Source of the DNA: an uncultured Bacilli bacterium
GTDB taxonomy: Bacteria; Bacillota_I; Bacilli_A; RF39; UBA660
DNA length: 61,080 nucleotides
Reading direction: 5' to 3'
Assembly: GCA_947623935.1 (NCBI GenBank)
Contig: CANQIE010000003.1
Coordinates: 1-61,080 of the forward strand
Position 1 is the stretch's first letter, and each line of letters opens with the position of its first letter. The notes under the pieces were generated by a model. It was not told the origin of the DNA. It saw nothing but the letters and a program-made list of their open reading frames with translations, and searched no databases. Shown piece after piece: positions 1 to 8,184 of the stretch. The translations under genes were made by a program, and so were the position numbers.

Positions 1-108
1 TTTTATATTCCCCTCAGGATTTCCATAATTAAGTGCACATGAAGTAAAAAACGTGCAGTTAAATAAAAATTTTACGCTTTTTCTTTTGCAAAAAAAATTA
101 ACAAAAAG

Positions 109-136
109 TTGACGTGGGGGGGGGTAGTTTTATAAT
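109..136 (+). promoter_or_regulatory. sigmaA-type promoter with G9 tract in spacer (copy 1)
   Basis: TTGACG (109-114) - T G9 TAGTTT (16 bp) - TATAAT (131-136); same core upstream of three other paralogs. Confidence 0.85.
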
Positions 137-246
137 AAAAATGTAAATAGAATATAAAAACAGTTTCTTTTTAGTTAATTTTGAAGTTTTAATAATAAAA
201 ACAAACTATAATGGAAACTATAAATAATAAAAGGAGAAGTGAAGTT

Positions 247-2184
247 ATGGAAGAGAAAAGGACTAAGAAAGAACTAGTTGCAGTTTGTTTACTTGTATTG
301 AGTCTTATTTTAATTACAATAGGAACCACCTTTGCTTTCTTTCAGTATTCAAAACAAGGACAAATCGAAAATAAATTAGAATCAGGAACATTAACCTTTA
401 TTTATGATGAAAATAGAAAAGACAAAAATGGAGTAAGTCTAACGAATGCTTTTCCAATGAGTGATACTGATGGAACAAAACAAACAGGAACAGGCTTTTT
501 TGAATTCCAAGTAAGATCGAAAGCAAGAGGAGCATCCATTTATTATGAAATCTATTTAACAAAGGATAATAATTCTACTTTACCAGAATATGCGGTAAAG
601 ACTTATTTAACAGAAGTAAGTGATACTGGAACTGAAACAGGAGTATCCAATCTATTTACAAGTGAGGCAATCAATCTATATAGTGAGTTAGGAGAAAGTA
701 AAGTTCCATCGATGTTAAAACAAGAAGTAATTGGAAAGACTTTATATCAAGGAAGTGTAAGTGAAGAAGAGATTACAAAGACATTCCGGTATAGAATGTG
801 GATAGATAATGATGCAAATCAAGTAAGAGGAGGAGAGTGGATTCATAATAATAAAACCTTTTCTGTAAAAGTAAATGTATATGCTCAAAACAATAGTATA
901 CCTGGGCCAACAGATCTAACTGAAATTTGTAATGATAGTAATGTCAATGAACCGAAATTAGTAGAAGGAATGATACCGGTATATTATGATTATGAAGAAG
1001 CAACCTGGAAGAAAGCAAATGCAAAAACCGCTAACTGGTACAATTACTGTAATCAAGAATGGGCGAATGCAGTAACGATAGGATTAGATGCAGATGGAGG
1101 GACCACTCAAAGAGAAGAATATCAAAAAGCATCACCAGATACTCCAATAGAGATGGATGACATTAATACCATGTGGGTATGGATCCCAAGATATGAATAC
1201 AAATATACGAATTTAGGAGAACAGTATGCAGGAGGAACCAAAGAACATCCGGGAGAAATAGAAATTAACTTTATAAATGGAATTAGTGATACACCAAGTA
1301 ATGAAAATTATAAAGTACATCCAGCTTTTACTTTTGGAGATGACAAATTAACAGGCTTCTGGTATGGGAAGTTTGAAACAAGTACAAGCTCTGAGTGTAA
1401 AGAAAGTACAGAAACTTGTAATAAAGCTGATTTAAAACCATACATTAAACCAAATACAACATCCTGGAGGTATGTACAGGTGGCCAATGCATTTTATGCA
1501 TCAAGAAAAATGCAAACAGAAAAATATGCTATTTATGGATTTCCAAATGATGAAAGTTATGATACACATATGAGTAAGGATAGTGAATGGGGTGCAGTTG
1601 CCTACTTATCCCAAAGCCAATATGGCAAATATGGAAATGATGAAGAAGAAGTGTATATCAATAATTGCTCTCAATTGATAACAGGCATCGCAGGAGACAC
1701 TGCTAGTGCGGAGGCAAGTGATAGTACTTGTACTGAAAATACTTATGAAACTTTGAAAGGACAGAAGGCGTCCACGACAGGAAATATTACAGGAGTATAT
1801 GATATGTCTGGAGGAGCAGCTGAATATTCAATGGCTGCACGTAAAGATCCTGATACGGGTAGACTAGCGACATTACTTTCTGGATTTGTTGATGATGAAG
1901 TTAGTGAAAAGAAAATCCCGGACGCTAAATATTATAATTTATATGCAAACAATATATCAACAACAGCATGTGATGGGCAAGTATGTTATGGATATGCCTT
2001 ATCAGAGACTGCATCGTGGTATATTGATTCTGGCTTTTTTGTTGAAAGTCCAACATGGTCTATACGTAGTAATCATTACAACACTGGATTGAATTCAGGT
2101 ATCTTTGCTTGGGCTGTCCTAAGTAATGGATTTGCATGGCCTACCTACTCGTTCCGCATTGTACTTTCTCCTATAGGGGCGTGA
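247..2184 (+). CDS. Surface-anchored protein, family copy 1: N-terminal TM/signal (GTTFAFF), TasA/camelysin-like domain, C-terminal C-type-lectin/FGE-like (DGR-target-like) domain; lacks the two Ig-like repeats of copies 2-4
   Basis: ORF track 211..2184; start moved to ATG 247 after AGGAG RBS. Motifs WVWIPRY, HPAFTFG, WYGKFE, EWGAVAYL, TGNITGVYDMSGG, terminal SFRIVLSP shared with copies 2-4. Confidence 0.8.
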   Translation: MEEKRTKKELVAVCLLVLSLILITIGTTFAFFQYSKQGQIENKLESGTLTFIYDENRKDKNGVSLTNAFPMSDTDGTKQTGTGFFEFQVRSKARGASIYYEIYLTKDNNSTLPEYAVKTYLTEVSDTGTETGVSNLFTSEAINLYSELGESKVPSMLKQEVIGKTLYQGSVSEEEITKTFRYRMWIDNDANQVRGGEWIHNNKTFSVKVNVYAQNNSIPGPTDLTEICNDSNVNEPKLVEGMIPVYYDYEEATWKKANAKTANWYNYCNQEWANAVTIGLDADGGTTQREEYQKASPDTPIEMDDINTMWVWIPRYEYKYTNLGEQYAGGTKEHPGEIEINFINGISDTPSNENYKVHPAFTFGDDKLTGFWYGKFETSTSSECKESTETCNKADLKPYIKPNTTSWRYVQVANAFYASRKMQTEKYAIYGFPNDESYDTHMSKDSEWGAVAYLSQSQYGKYGNDEEEVYINNCSQLITGIAGDTASAEASDSTCTENTYETLKGQKASTTGNITGVYDMSGGAAEYSMAARKDPDTGRLATLLSGFVDDEVSEKKIPDAKYYNLYANNISTTACDGQVCYGYALSETASWYIDSGFFVESPTWSIRSNHYNTGLNSGIFAWAVLSNGFAWPTYSFRIVLSPIGA

Positions 2185-2289
2185 TCAGTATATTCTTATA
2201 AGATACGCACAATAAATTCTATAAATAAATCATGTAAAAATGGTTGAGCATTCTCTATTATTAGTTGTATACTATTATTGAAAAGGAAC

Positions 2290-2316
2290 GTACCTAGGAA
2301 AGATAGGTACTTTTTT
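2290..2316 (+). terminator. Rho-independent terminator
   Basis: GTACCTA-GGAAAGA-TAGGTAC followed by T6. Confidence 0.7.
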
Positions 2317-2327
2317 GTTTGCATATC

Positions 2328-2356
2328 TAGACAAAAATGCTTAATAGTGCTATAAT
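2328..2356 (+). promoter_or_regulatory. sigmaA promoter
   Basis: TAGACA-17 bp-TATAAT with extended -10 TG. Confidence 0.65.
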
Positions 2357-2388
2357 ATAGACTCGTATAGCAGTTAAGGAGGTAGAAC

Positions 2389-2808
2389 ATGACAAAGAAT
2401 CGATTTTTAGTTAAAAACATCTATCTTGGATGGGTACAATATTTAGAAGAGAATGAAAATAAGATTGTAGCTTTTGAGAAGAGAGAAGATTTTTTCTCAA
2501 AAACACCTAGTTATTTACCAGTTCATTCCGATATAGGGTACTATTATGTACAGACTATGGAACCTATTCGTAAAGTGGTATCTAAAAAATTAGGTACTAC
2601 TATTACCCTTCGTAGATTAGATGAAATCATAGATAAAATGAATAGAGAAAAGACGAACTTTATTCTTTCAAAAGAAATGGAACAAGTAGATGAAGTAGTT
2701 ACCGAAAGACCAAAAGATAATTATGAATTTGTTCCTGAAGTAGCAATGGCTAAAGAAGAAGTTAAAGTGATGCGTTACAAAGCAAGAAAAAACCGTAAAG
2801 CTGCTTAG
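2389..2808 (+). CDS. Hypothetical protein
   Basis: 139 aa ORF with AAGGAGG RBS, own promoter and terminator. Confidence 0.75.
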   Translation: MTKNRFLVKNIYLGWVQYLEENENKIVAFEKREDFFSKTPSYLPVHSDIGYYYVQTMEPIRKVVSKKLGTTITLRRLDEIIDKMNREKTNFILSKEMEQVDEVVTERPKDNYEFVPEVAMAKEEVKVMRYKARKNRKAA

Positions 2809-2834
2809 AAAACACGATTAAATTCGTGTTTTTT
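2809..2834 (+). terminator. Rho-independent terminator
   Basis: AAAACACGA-loop-TCGTGTTTT plus T-run. Confidence 0.65.
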
Positions 2835-2884
2835 CTTTAAAAAAGAGGAATTATAAGGTATAATAAAGAACGGAGTGGATAGTA

Positions 2885-5692
2885 ATGGATAAAATTATTA
2901 TTAAGGGAGCAAGAGAAAATAATTTAAAAAATGTAGATATCGAACTTCCTAAAAATAAATTAATAGTTATGACGGGTGTTTCTGGAAGTGGAAAAAGTAG
3001 TTTAGCGTTTGATACTATTTATGCGGAAGGACAACGTCGTTATGTAGAAAGTTTGTCGGCATATGCAAGACAGTTTTTAGGGGGAACGGATAAACCCGAT
3101 GTGGATTCGATTGAAGGATTATCCCCATCGATTAGTATTGATCAAAAAACGACGAGTAAAAATCCACGTTCTACGGTTGGAACCGTTACGGAAATCTATG
3201 ATTATTTTCGTCTTTTGTTTGCCCGTATTGGTACGCCTTACTGTCCAAATCATCATATTCCCATTACTTCTCAATCCGTAGATGAAATTGTGAATAAAAT
3301 TATGGAACGTGAAGTAGGAACAAAACTTATTATTTTATCACCGGTGGTACATGGTGAAAAAGGAACGCATAAAGACTTACTAGACCACTTACGAAGTGAA
3401 GGTTATGTACGGATTCGTATCAATGGCGAAATGATTGATTTAAGTGAAGAAGTAACCTTAGAGAAGAATAAAAAAGATAATATCGATGTCGTGATTGACC
3501 GTATTGTTTTAAAAGAAGATAGCCGGCTTCGTTTAGCCGATTCGGTTGAAAATGCCATTAAATTATCCAAAGGGAAAGTGGTTATCGATTTTGTAGGGGA
3601 TAAAGAGGTGGTATTCTCTGAGAACTTTGCTTGTCCTTACTGTGATTTCTCACTTCCTGAACTAGAGCCTAGAATGTTTAGTTTTAACGCTCCTTTTGGA
3701 GCGTGTCCTGATTGTAAAGGACTTGGTGTTAAACTTAAAATGGATCCGGATTTAGTGGTACCGGACTCCACTAAATCTTTAAATAAAGGCGCTATTAAGA
3801 CTTTAACGGATGATCCAGAAGCCCTTGATTTTAAACGCTTAGAGTGTCTTTGTAAACATTATAAAATCGATATGGACAAGCCCTTTTATAAATTAACAAA
3901 AGCACAACAAGATTATGTTCTTTATGGAAGTGATGAGCCTATTCATTTTAAATATCAATCGAAGAGTGGAAATCTCTATAATAATACGGATTATTACGAA
4001 GGAATTATTAATAATCTAGAACGTCGTTATATGGAAACTTCTTCTACCTGGATTAGAGATTGGCTTGAAAACTATATGATTGAAACCGAATGTGAAACTT
4101 GTCATGGAGCTCGTCTTAAAGATGATGTTTTATCGGTTTTAGTGGGTGGTAAAAACATCTATGAAGTAACGTGCATGAGTATCAAAGAATTAATTCACTT
4201 TTTCGATACATTAAAATTATCGCCTTCTGAAAAAGAAATTGCTGAACTTTTAATTAAAGAAATACAATCTCGTCTTGCTTTCTTATCGAATGTAGGACTC
4301 GATTATTTAACTTTAAGTCGTTCGGCTGGAACGCTTTCTGGAGGAGAAGCACAACGAATAAGACTTGCAACCCAAATTGGCTCGAAACTAACCGGAGTTC
4401 TCTATGTTTTAGATGAACCTTCGATTGGACTTCATCAACGGGATAATGAACGTCTTATTAATTCCCTTAAAGAGATGCGTGATTTAGGAAATACCTTAAT
4501 TGTAGTAGAACACGATACAGATACCATGCTAGCTAGTGACTACTTAGTCGATGTAGGTCCTGGTGCTGGAGAGTATGGTGGCGAAATCGTTGCCAAAGGA
4601 ACTCCTGAAGAAGTCATGAAGAACGAAAACAGTATTACAGGTCGTTACTTATCGGGAAAAGAAAAAATTGATATTCCTAAAACACGTCGTAAAGGAAATG
4701 GAAAGTTTATTGAAATCAAGGGTGCCGAAGAACACAACTTAAAGAAAATCGATGTTAAGATTCCGCTTGGAACGTTTACTTGTGTAACCGGTGTTTCAGG
4801 AAGCGGAAAGAGTAGTTTAATTAATGAGATTCTTTGTAAAGCAGCGAAGGTAGAAATCTATAAATCAAGGATAAAACCAGGTAAATACAAAGATATAAAA
4901 GGTTTAAAAAATATTGATAAAATTGTTGAAATCACGCAAAACCCTATTGGTAGAACGCCACGAAGCAATCCTGCAACATATACGGGTGTTTTCGATGAAA
5001 TTAGAGATTTGTTCACAAATACTAAAGAAGCCAAAATGTTAGGCTATGGTAAAGATCGTTTCTCTTTCAATGTTAAGGGTGGAAGATGTGAAGCTTGTCG
5101 TGGAGATGGTGTTAAGAAAATCGAAATGCACTTCTTACCGGATGTCTATATTCCTTGTGAAGTTTGTCATGGAAGTCGTTATAATCAGGAAACTTTAACG
5201 ATTAAATACAAAGGTAAAAACATTGCCGATGTTCTAGATATGCGGGTAACGGAAGCTTTAAAATTCTTTGAAAATGTGCCTCGTATTAAAAACAAACTAC
5301 AAGTTTTAGAAGATGTAGGAATTGGATATATTAAATTAGGTCAAAGTGCTACTACTTTATCAGGAGGAGAAGCAGGAAGAGTAAAACTTGCTAAAGAACT
5401 ACAGAAAAAACCAACCGGTAAAACCTTATTTGTCTTAGATGAACCAACTACTGGACTTCATTCTCATGACATCAAAAGACTGCTTGCAATATTTCAAAAA
5501 ATAGTAGATAATAAAGATACCGTAGTAATCATTGAACATAACTTAGATGTCATCAAAGTAGCGGATTACATTATCGATTTAGGTCCTGAAGGAGGAGACC
5601 AAGGAGGAACCGTTGTTACTACTGGTACTCCGGAAGAAGTAAGCAAAGTTCAATCCTCTTATACAGGTCAATTCTTAAAAAAGATTTTATAA
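2885..5692 (+). CDS. uvrA: Excinuclease ABC subunit A
   Basis: Two ABC ATPase domains (GVSGSGKS twice, LSGGE signatures), zinc-finger Cys pairs, 935 aa. Confidence 0.98.
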   Translation: MDKIIIKGARENNLKNVDIELPKNKLIVMTGVSGSGKSSLAFDTIYAEGQRRYVESLSAYARQFLGGTDKPDVDSIEGLSPSISIDQKTTSKNPRSTVGTVTEIYDYFRLLFARIGTPYCPNHHIPITSQSVDEIVNKIMEREVGTKLIILSPVVHGEKGTHKDLLDHLRSEGYVRIRINGEMIDLSEEVTLEKNKKDNIDVVIDRIVLKEDSRLRLADSVENAIKLSKGKVVIDFVGDKEVVFSENFACPYCDFSLPELEPRMFSFNAPFGACPDCKGLGVKLKMDPDLVVPDSTKSLNKGAIKTLTDDPEALDFKRLECLCKHYKIDMDKPFYKLTKAQQDYVLYGSDEPIHFKYQSKSGNLYNNTDYYEGIINNLERRYMETSSTWIRDWLENYMIETECETCHGARLKDDVLSVLVGGKNIYEVTCMSIKELIHFFDTLKLSPSEKEIAELLIKEIQSRLAFLSNVGLDYLTLSRSAGTLSGGEAQRIRLATQIGSKLTGVLYVLDEPSIGLHQRDNERLINSLKEMRDLGNTLIVVEHDTDTMLASDYLVDVGPGAGEYGGEIVAKGTPEEVMKNENSITGRYLSGKEKIDIPKTRRKGNGKFIEIKGAEEHNLKKIDVKIPLGTFTCVTGVSGSGKSSLINEILCKAAKVEIYKSRIKPGKYKDIKGLKNIDKIVEITQNPIGRTPRSNPATYTGVFDEIRDLFTNTKEAKMLGYGKDRFSFNVKGGRCEACRGDGVKKIEMHFLPDVYIPCEVCHGSRYNQETLTIKYKGKNIADVLDMRVTEALKFFENVPRIKNKLQVLEDVGIGYIKLGQSATTLSGGEAGRVKLAKELQKKPTGKTLFVLDEPTTGLHSHDIKRLLAIFQKIVDNKDTVVIIEHNLDVIKVADYIIDLGPEGGDQGGTVVTTGTPEEVSKVQSSYTGQFLKKIL

Positions 5693-5701
5693 GGAGAAGC
5701 C

Positions 5702-6133
5702 ATGTCTAAAAAAGAAGAAAAAAAAGAACCCATTGTAACCCCCATTAGTGTTATGGAATGGATTATCTATATGATGGGATATGCCCTTGTTTTACTGGTG
5801 GTATCGCAATTCTTTAAATCGTTTCAGTTGGATTATTCTTATTATGGACTTTATGCTTTTCTAGCAGTAGTTATCATCTATATCTTAAATAAAACGATTA
5901 AACCCATTCTTTTTTACTTAACTTTACCTATTACAGGAGCTACTTTAGGTTTATTTTATCCTGTTTTAAATGTCTTTATTTTAAAGCTTACCGATTGGAT
6001 TTTGTTAGATCACTTTAATTTAACCAATATTTGGATTGCTTTCTTTATAGCGATTTTAATTGCCATTATGAACTTCTTGGTCGAAGGCCTTATTATTAAA
6101 CCTTTAGTAAGGAGGATAAAGAAATATGAGTAG
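5702..6133 (+). CDS. 4-TM phage-holin-family (YvlD-like) membrane protein
   Basis: Four hydrophobic segments, LNKTIKPILFYLTLPITGATLGLF motif, position downstream of uvrA as in Firmicutes. Confidence 0.8.
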   Translation: MSKKEEKKEPIVTPISVMEWIIYMMGYALVLLVVSQFFKSFQLDYSYYGLYAFLAVVIIYILNKTIKPILFYLTLPITGATLGLFYPVLNVFILKLTDWILLDHFNLTNIWIAFFIAILIAIMNFLVEGLIIKPLVRRIKKYE

Positions 6134-6938
6134 AATTGCTCTTGATTTAGGATTTATACAAATTTATTGGTATACGCTTTTCATTTTATTAGCGGTATTA
6201 GTAGGATGTACTGTTATTTATCTAGAGGTTCGTAAGCAAAAATTCAATGTCGATTTTTTCATTAACCTTTTGTTTTATAGCATTCTCTTTGGCTTGATTG
6301 GAGCAAGACTTTACTATGTGTTATTTAACCTTGATTATTATTTAAAATATCCAATCGAAATTTTCGAGGTATGGAATGGTGGGCTTGCAATTCATGGCGG
6401 TATTTTTGCAGGGCTCCTCTTTATTATCATCTATACCCATCGTTACAAAGTAAAAACATTAAAAGTTTTAGATATGGTAACCCCGGGTCTTTTAATTGGA
6501 CAGGCGATTGGTAGATGGGGGAATTTCTTTAATCAAGAAGCTTTTGGTGCTATTACGACAAAAGAAGCCATTGAAAAATTAGGGGTACCGGAGGCCATTG
6601 TCGAAGGAATGAAAATCGATGGATTCTATCGTCAACCTACCTTTTTATACGAATCCATTTGGAACTTCTTTGGTTTTCTCATTCTTTTGATGTTAAGAAG
6701 ATATCGTTATATTAAAACAGGACAATTAACCGGATTCTATTTAATGTGGTATTCTTTTGGAAGATTCTTTATTGAAGGAATGCGTACCGATAGTCTCATG
6801 CTAGGACCTCTTCGTATTGCGCAAGTGGTATCTGTTATCCTCTTTATCGTAGGACTTATCTTATTCTTCTTTGCTAAGAGAGGATCTAAGTTCGATAACT
6901 TATATAAGGAGGAGAACAAGGATGAAGTTAGATTTTGA
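6126..6938 (+). CDS. lgt: Prolipoprotein diacylglyceryl transferase
   Basis: GARLYYV, GGLAIHGG, GQAIGRWGNFFNQE, PTFLYES, RFFIEGMRTD motifs. Confidence 0.97.
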   Translation: MSRIALDLGFIQIYWYTLFILLAVLVGCTVIYLEVRKQKFNVDFFINLLFYSILFGLIGARLYYVLFNLDYYLKYPIEIFEVWNGGLAIHGGIFAGLLFIIIYTHRYKVKTLKVLDMVTPGLLIGQAIGRWGNFFNQEAFGAITTKEAIEKLGVPEAIVEGMKIDGFYRQPTFLYESIWNFFGFLILLMLRRYRYIKTGQLTGFYLMWYSFGRFFIEGMRTDSLMLGPLRIAQVVSVILFIVGLILFFFAKRGSKFDNLYKEENKDEVRF

Positions 6939-7836
6939 TGTTATTGTTATAGGCGCAGGTCTTGGTGGCTTGCTTGCAAGTTTCTATCTTGAAGCAAGAG
7001 AAAAAAGTTGTCTTCTTTTAGAAAAGGAGATTCCAGGTGGACAATTAAATGAAATTTCACTTATGGAAGGATACCCAATTGTAGGGGAAATGAGTGGATC
7101 CCATCTTGCCGAAGAGTTATTAAATCAGGCTCAAGAGATGGGAGTTTGTTACCGGTATGGTGATGTGAAAGAAATAAGGAACCTAGGCGATTATAAAGAA
7201 GTGGTTACTTCTCAAGAAGTGATTTCTTGCAAGTATGTTCTTCTTGCCATGGGAAGTAGACCTATGTTATTAGGGTTAGATAATGAAAAACAACTTTTGG
7301 ATCGTGGCATTCATTATGCTTTCGACGGAAATGAAGCTTTTTATATGAATAAAGAAGTAGCTATTGTTGGTAATAGTGAAGAGGCAGTTCTTGGGGCTAT
7401 TAGGTTAGCAAATCTTGCAAAAGAAGTACATTTAATTGCTTCAACGGAAGATTTAATGGTAGCTCCTTATCTTAAGAAAAGACTTAAAACAAAAGAAAAT
7501 GTTTCTGTTTCTTATTGCACCGAAATTCGTCAATTACTTGAAGAAGAGAGTCATTTGATGGGGCTTCGTCTAGTAAATAGGCGAGCAAATGAAGAGAAAA
7601 TACTTCCGGTTGAAGGATGCTTTGTCTTCATAGGAAGAGTTCCCAATAGTGAGTGTGCCTTATCGCTTGGTATTACAGATGAAGAGGGCTCTATTTTAGT
7701 AGATACGCATAATGAAACGAAGATTCGCAATATTTTTGCAGTCGGAGATGTGGTAAAAAAAGAAGATTATCAATTAGAAACTATTCTTTCCGATTGTGCA
7801 GTTGCATCTCGCGCTATTGTATATCGAAATAATTAA
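6922..7836 (+). CDS. Thioredoxin-reductase-like FAD oxidoreductase lacking the CxxC active site
   Basis: GAGLGG FAD motif, PGGQ, AMGS, IFAVGDV; the canonical CATCDG is replaced by AFDG. Start moved to ATG 6922 after AAGGAGG. Confidence 0.8.
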   Translation: MKLDFDVIVIGAGLGGLLASFYLEAREKSCLLLEKEIPGGQLNEISLMEGYPIVGEMSGSHLAEELLNQAQEMGVCYRYGDVKEIRNLGDYKEVVTSQEVISCKYVLLAMGSRPMLLGLDNEKQLLDRGIHYAFDGNEAFYMNKEVAIVGNSEEAVLGAIRLANLAKEVHLIASTEDLMVAPYLKKRLKTKENVSVSYCTEIRQLLEEESHLMGLRLVNRRANEEKILPVEGCFVFIGRVPNSECALSLGITDEEGSILVDTHNETKIRNIFAVGDVVKKEDYQLETILSDCAVASRAIVYRNN

Positions 7837-7862
7837 TAAAAAGAATAAAAGAGGAGTTATTT

Positions 7863-8072
7863 ATGACATTAATGAATAAATTTTTAATTGGTCTTACGCT
7901 AGTATTATTTATACTGGGAATTATCTTTTTTACGATGTATTTAACGAATCGAAAAAAGGTGGATCCTGAAAATAAAAAGCAAGTACGTAATCAAAAGTTA
8001 AACTTTTATCTTGCACTTTATCTATTGATTGGATCTCTAGTCGTAGGACTATTTCTATTTATTATTTTTTAA
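7863..8072 (+). CDS. Small 2-TM membrane protein
   Basis: 69 aa, two hydrophobic helices flanking a basic loop, GAGGAG RBS. Confidence 0.7.
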   Translation: MTLMNKFLIGLTLVLFILGIIFFTMYLTNRKKVDPENKKQVRNQKLNFYLALYLLIGSLVVGLFLFIIF

Positions 8073-8074
8073 AT

Positions 8075-8100
8075 AAGCATCTAGCGATAGTGCTTTTTTT
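8075..8100 (+). terminator. Rho-independent terminator directly upstream of promoter copy 2
   Basis: AAGCA-T-CTA-GCGA-TAG-TGCTT plus T-run. Confidence 0.65.
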
Positions 8101-8122
8101 GTGAAAAAAAGTAAACAAAAAG

Positions 8123-8150
8123 TTGACGTGGGGGGGGGTAGTTTTATAAT
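8123..8150 (+). promoter_or_regulatory. sigmaA-type promoter with G9 tract in spacer (copy 2)
   Basis: TTGACG (8123-8128), G9 at 8130-8138, TATAAT (8145-8150), 16-bp spacer. Confidence 0.85.
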
Positions 8151-8184
8151 AGAAATAGATAAATAATAAAGGAAGTGTAGAAAG

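Noticed and set aside
116-124. G9 tracts as G-quadruplex elements
   Set aside because: A single G9 run cannot form a standard intramolecular G4; its position in the promoter spacer explains it more simply.
2196-2420. 74-aa minus-strand ORF
   Set aside because: Spans a terminator and promoter region on the plus strand; no RBS or recognisable features.
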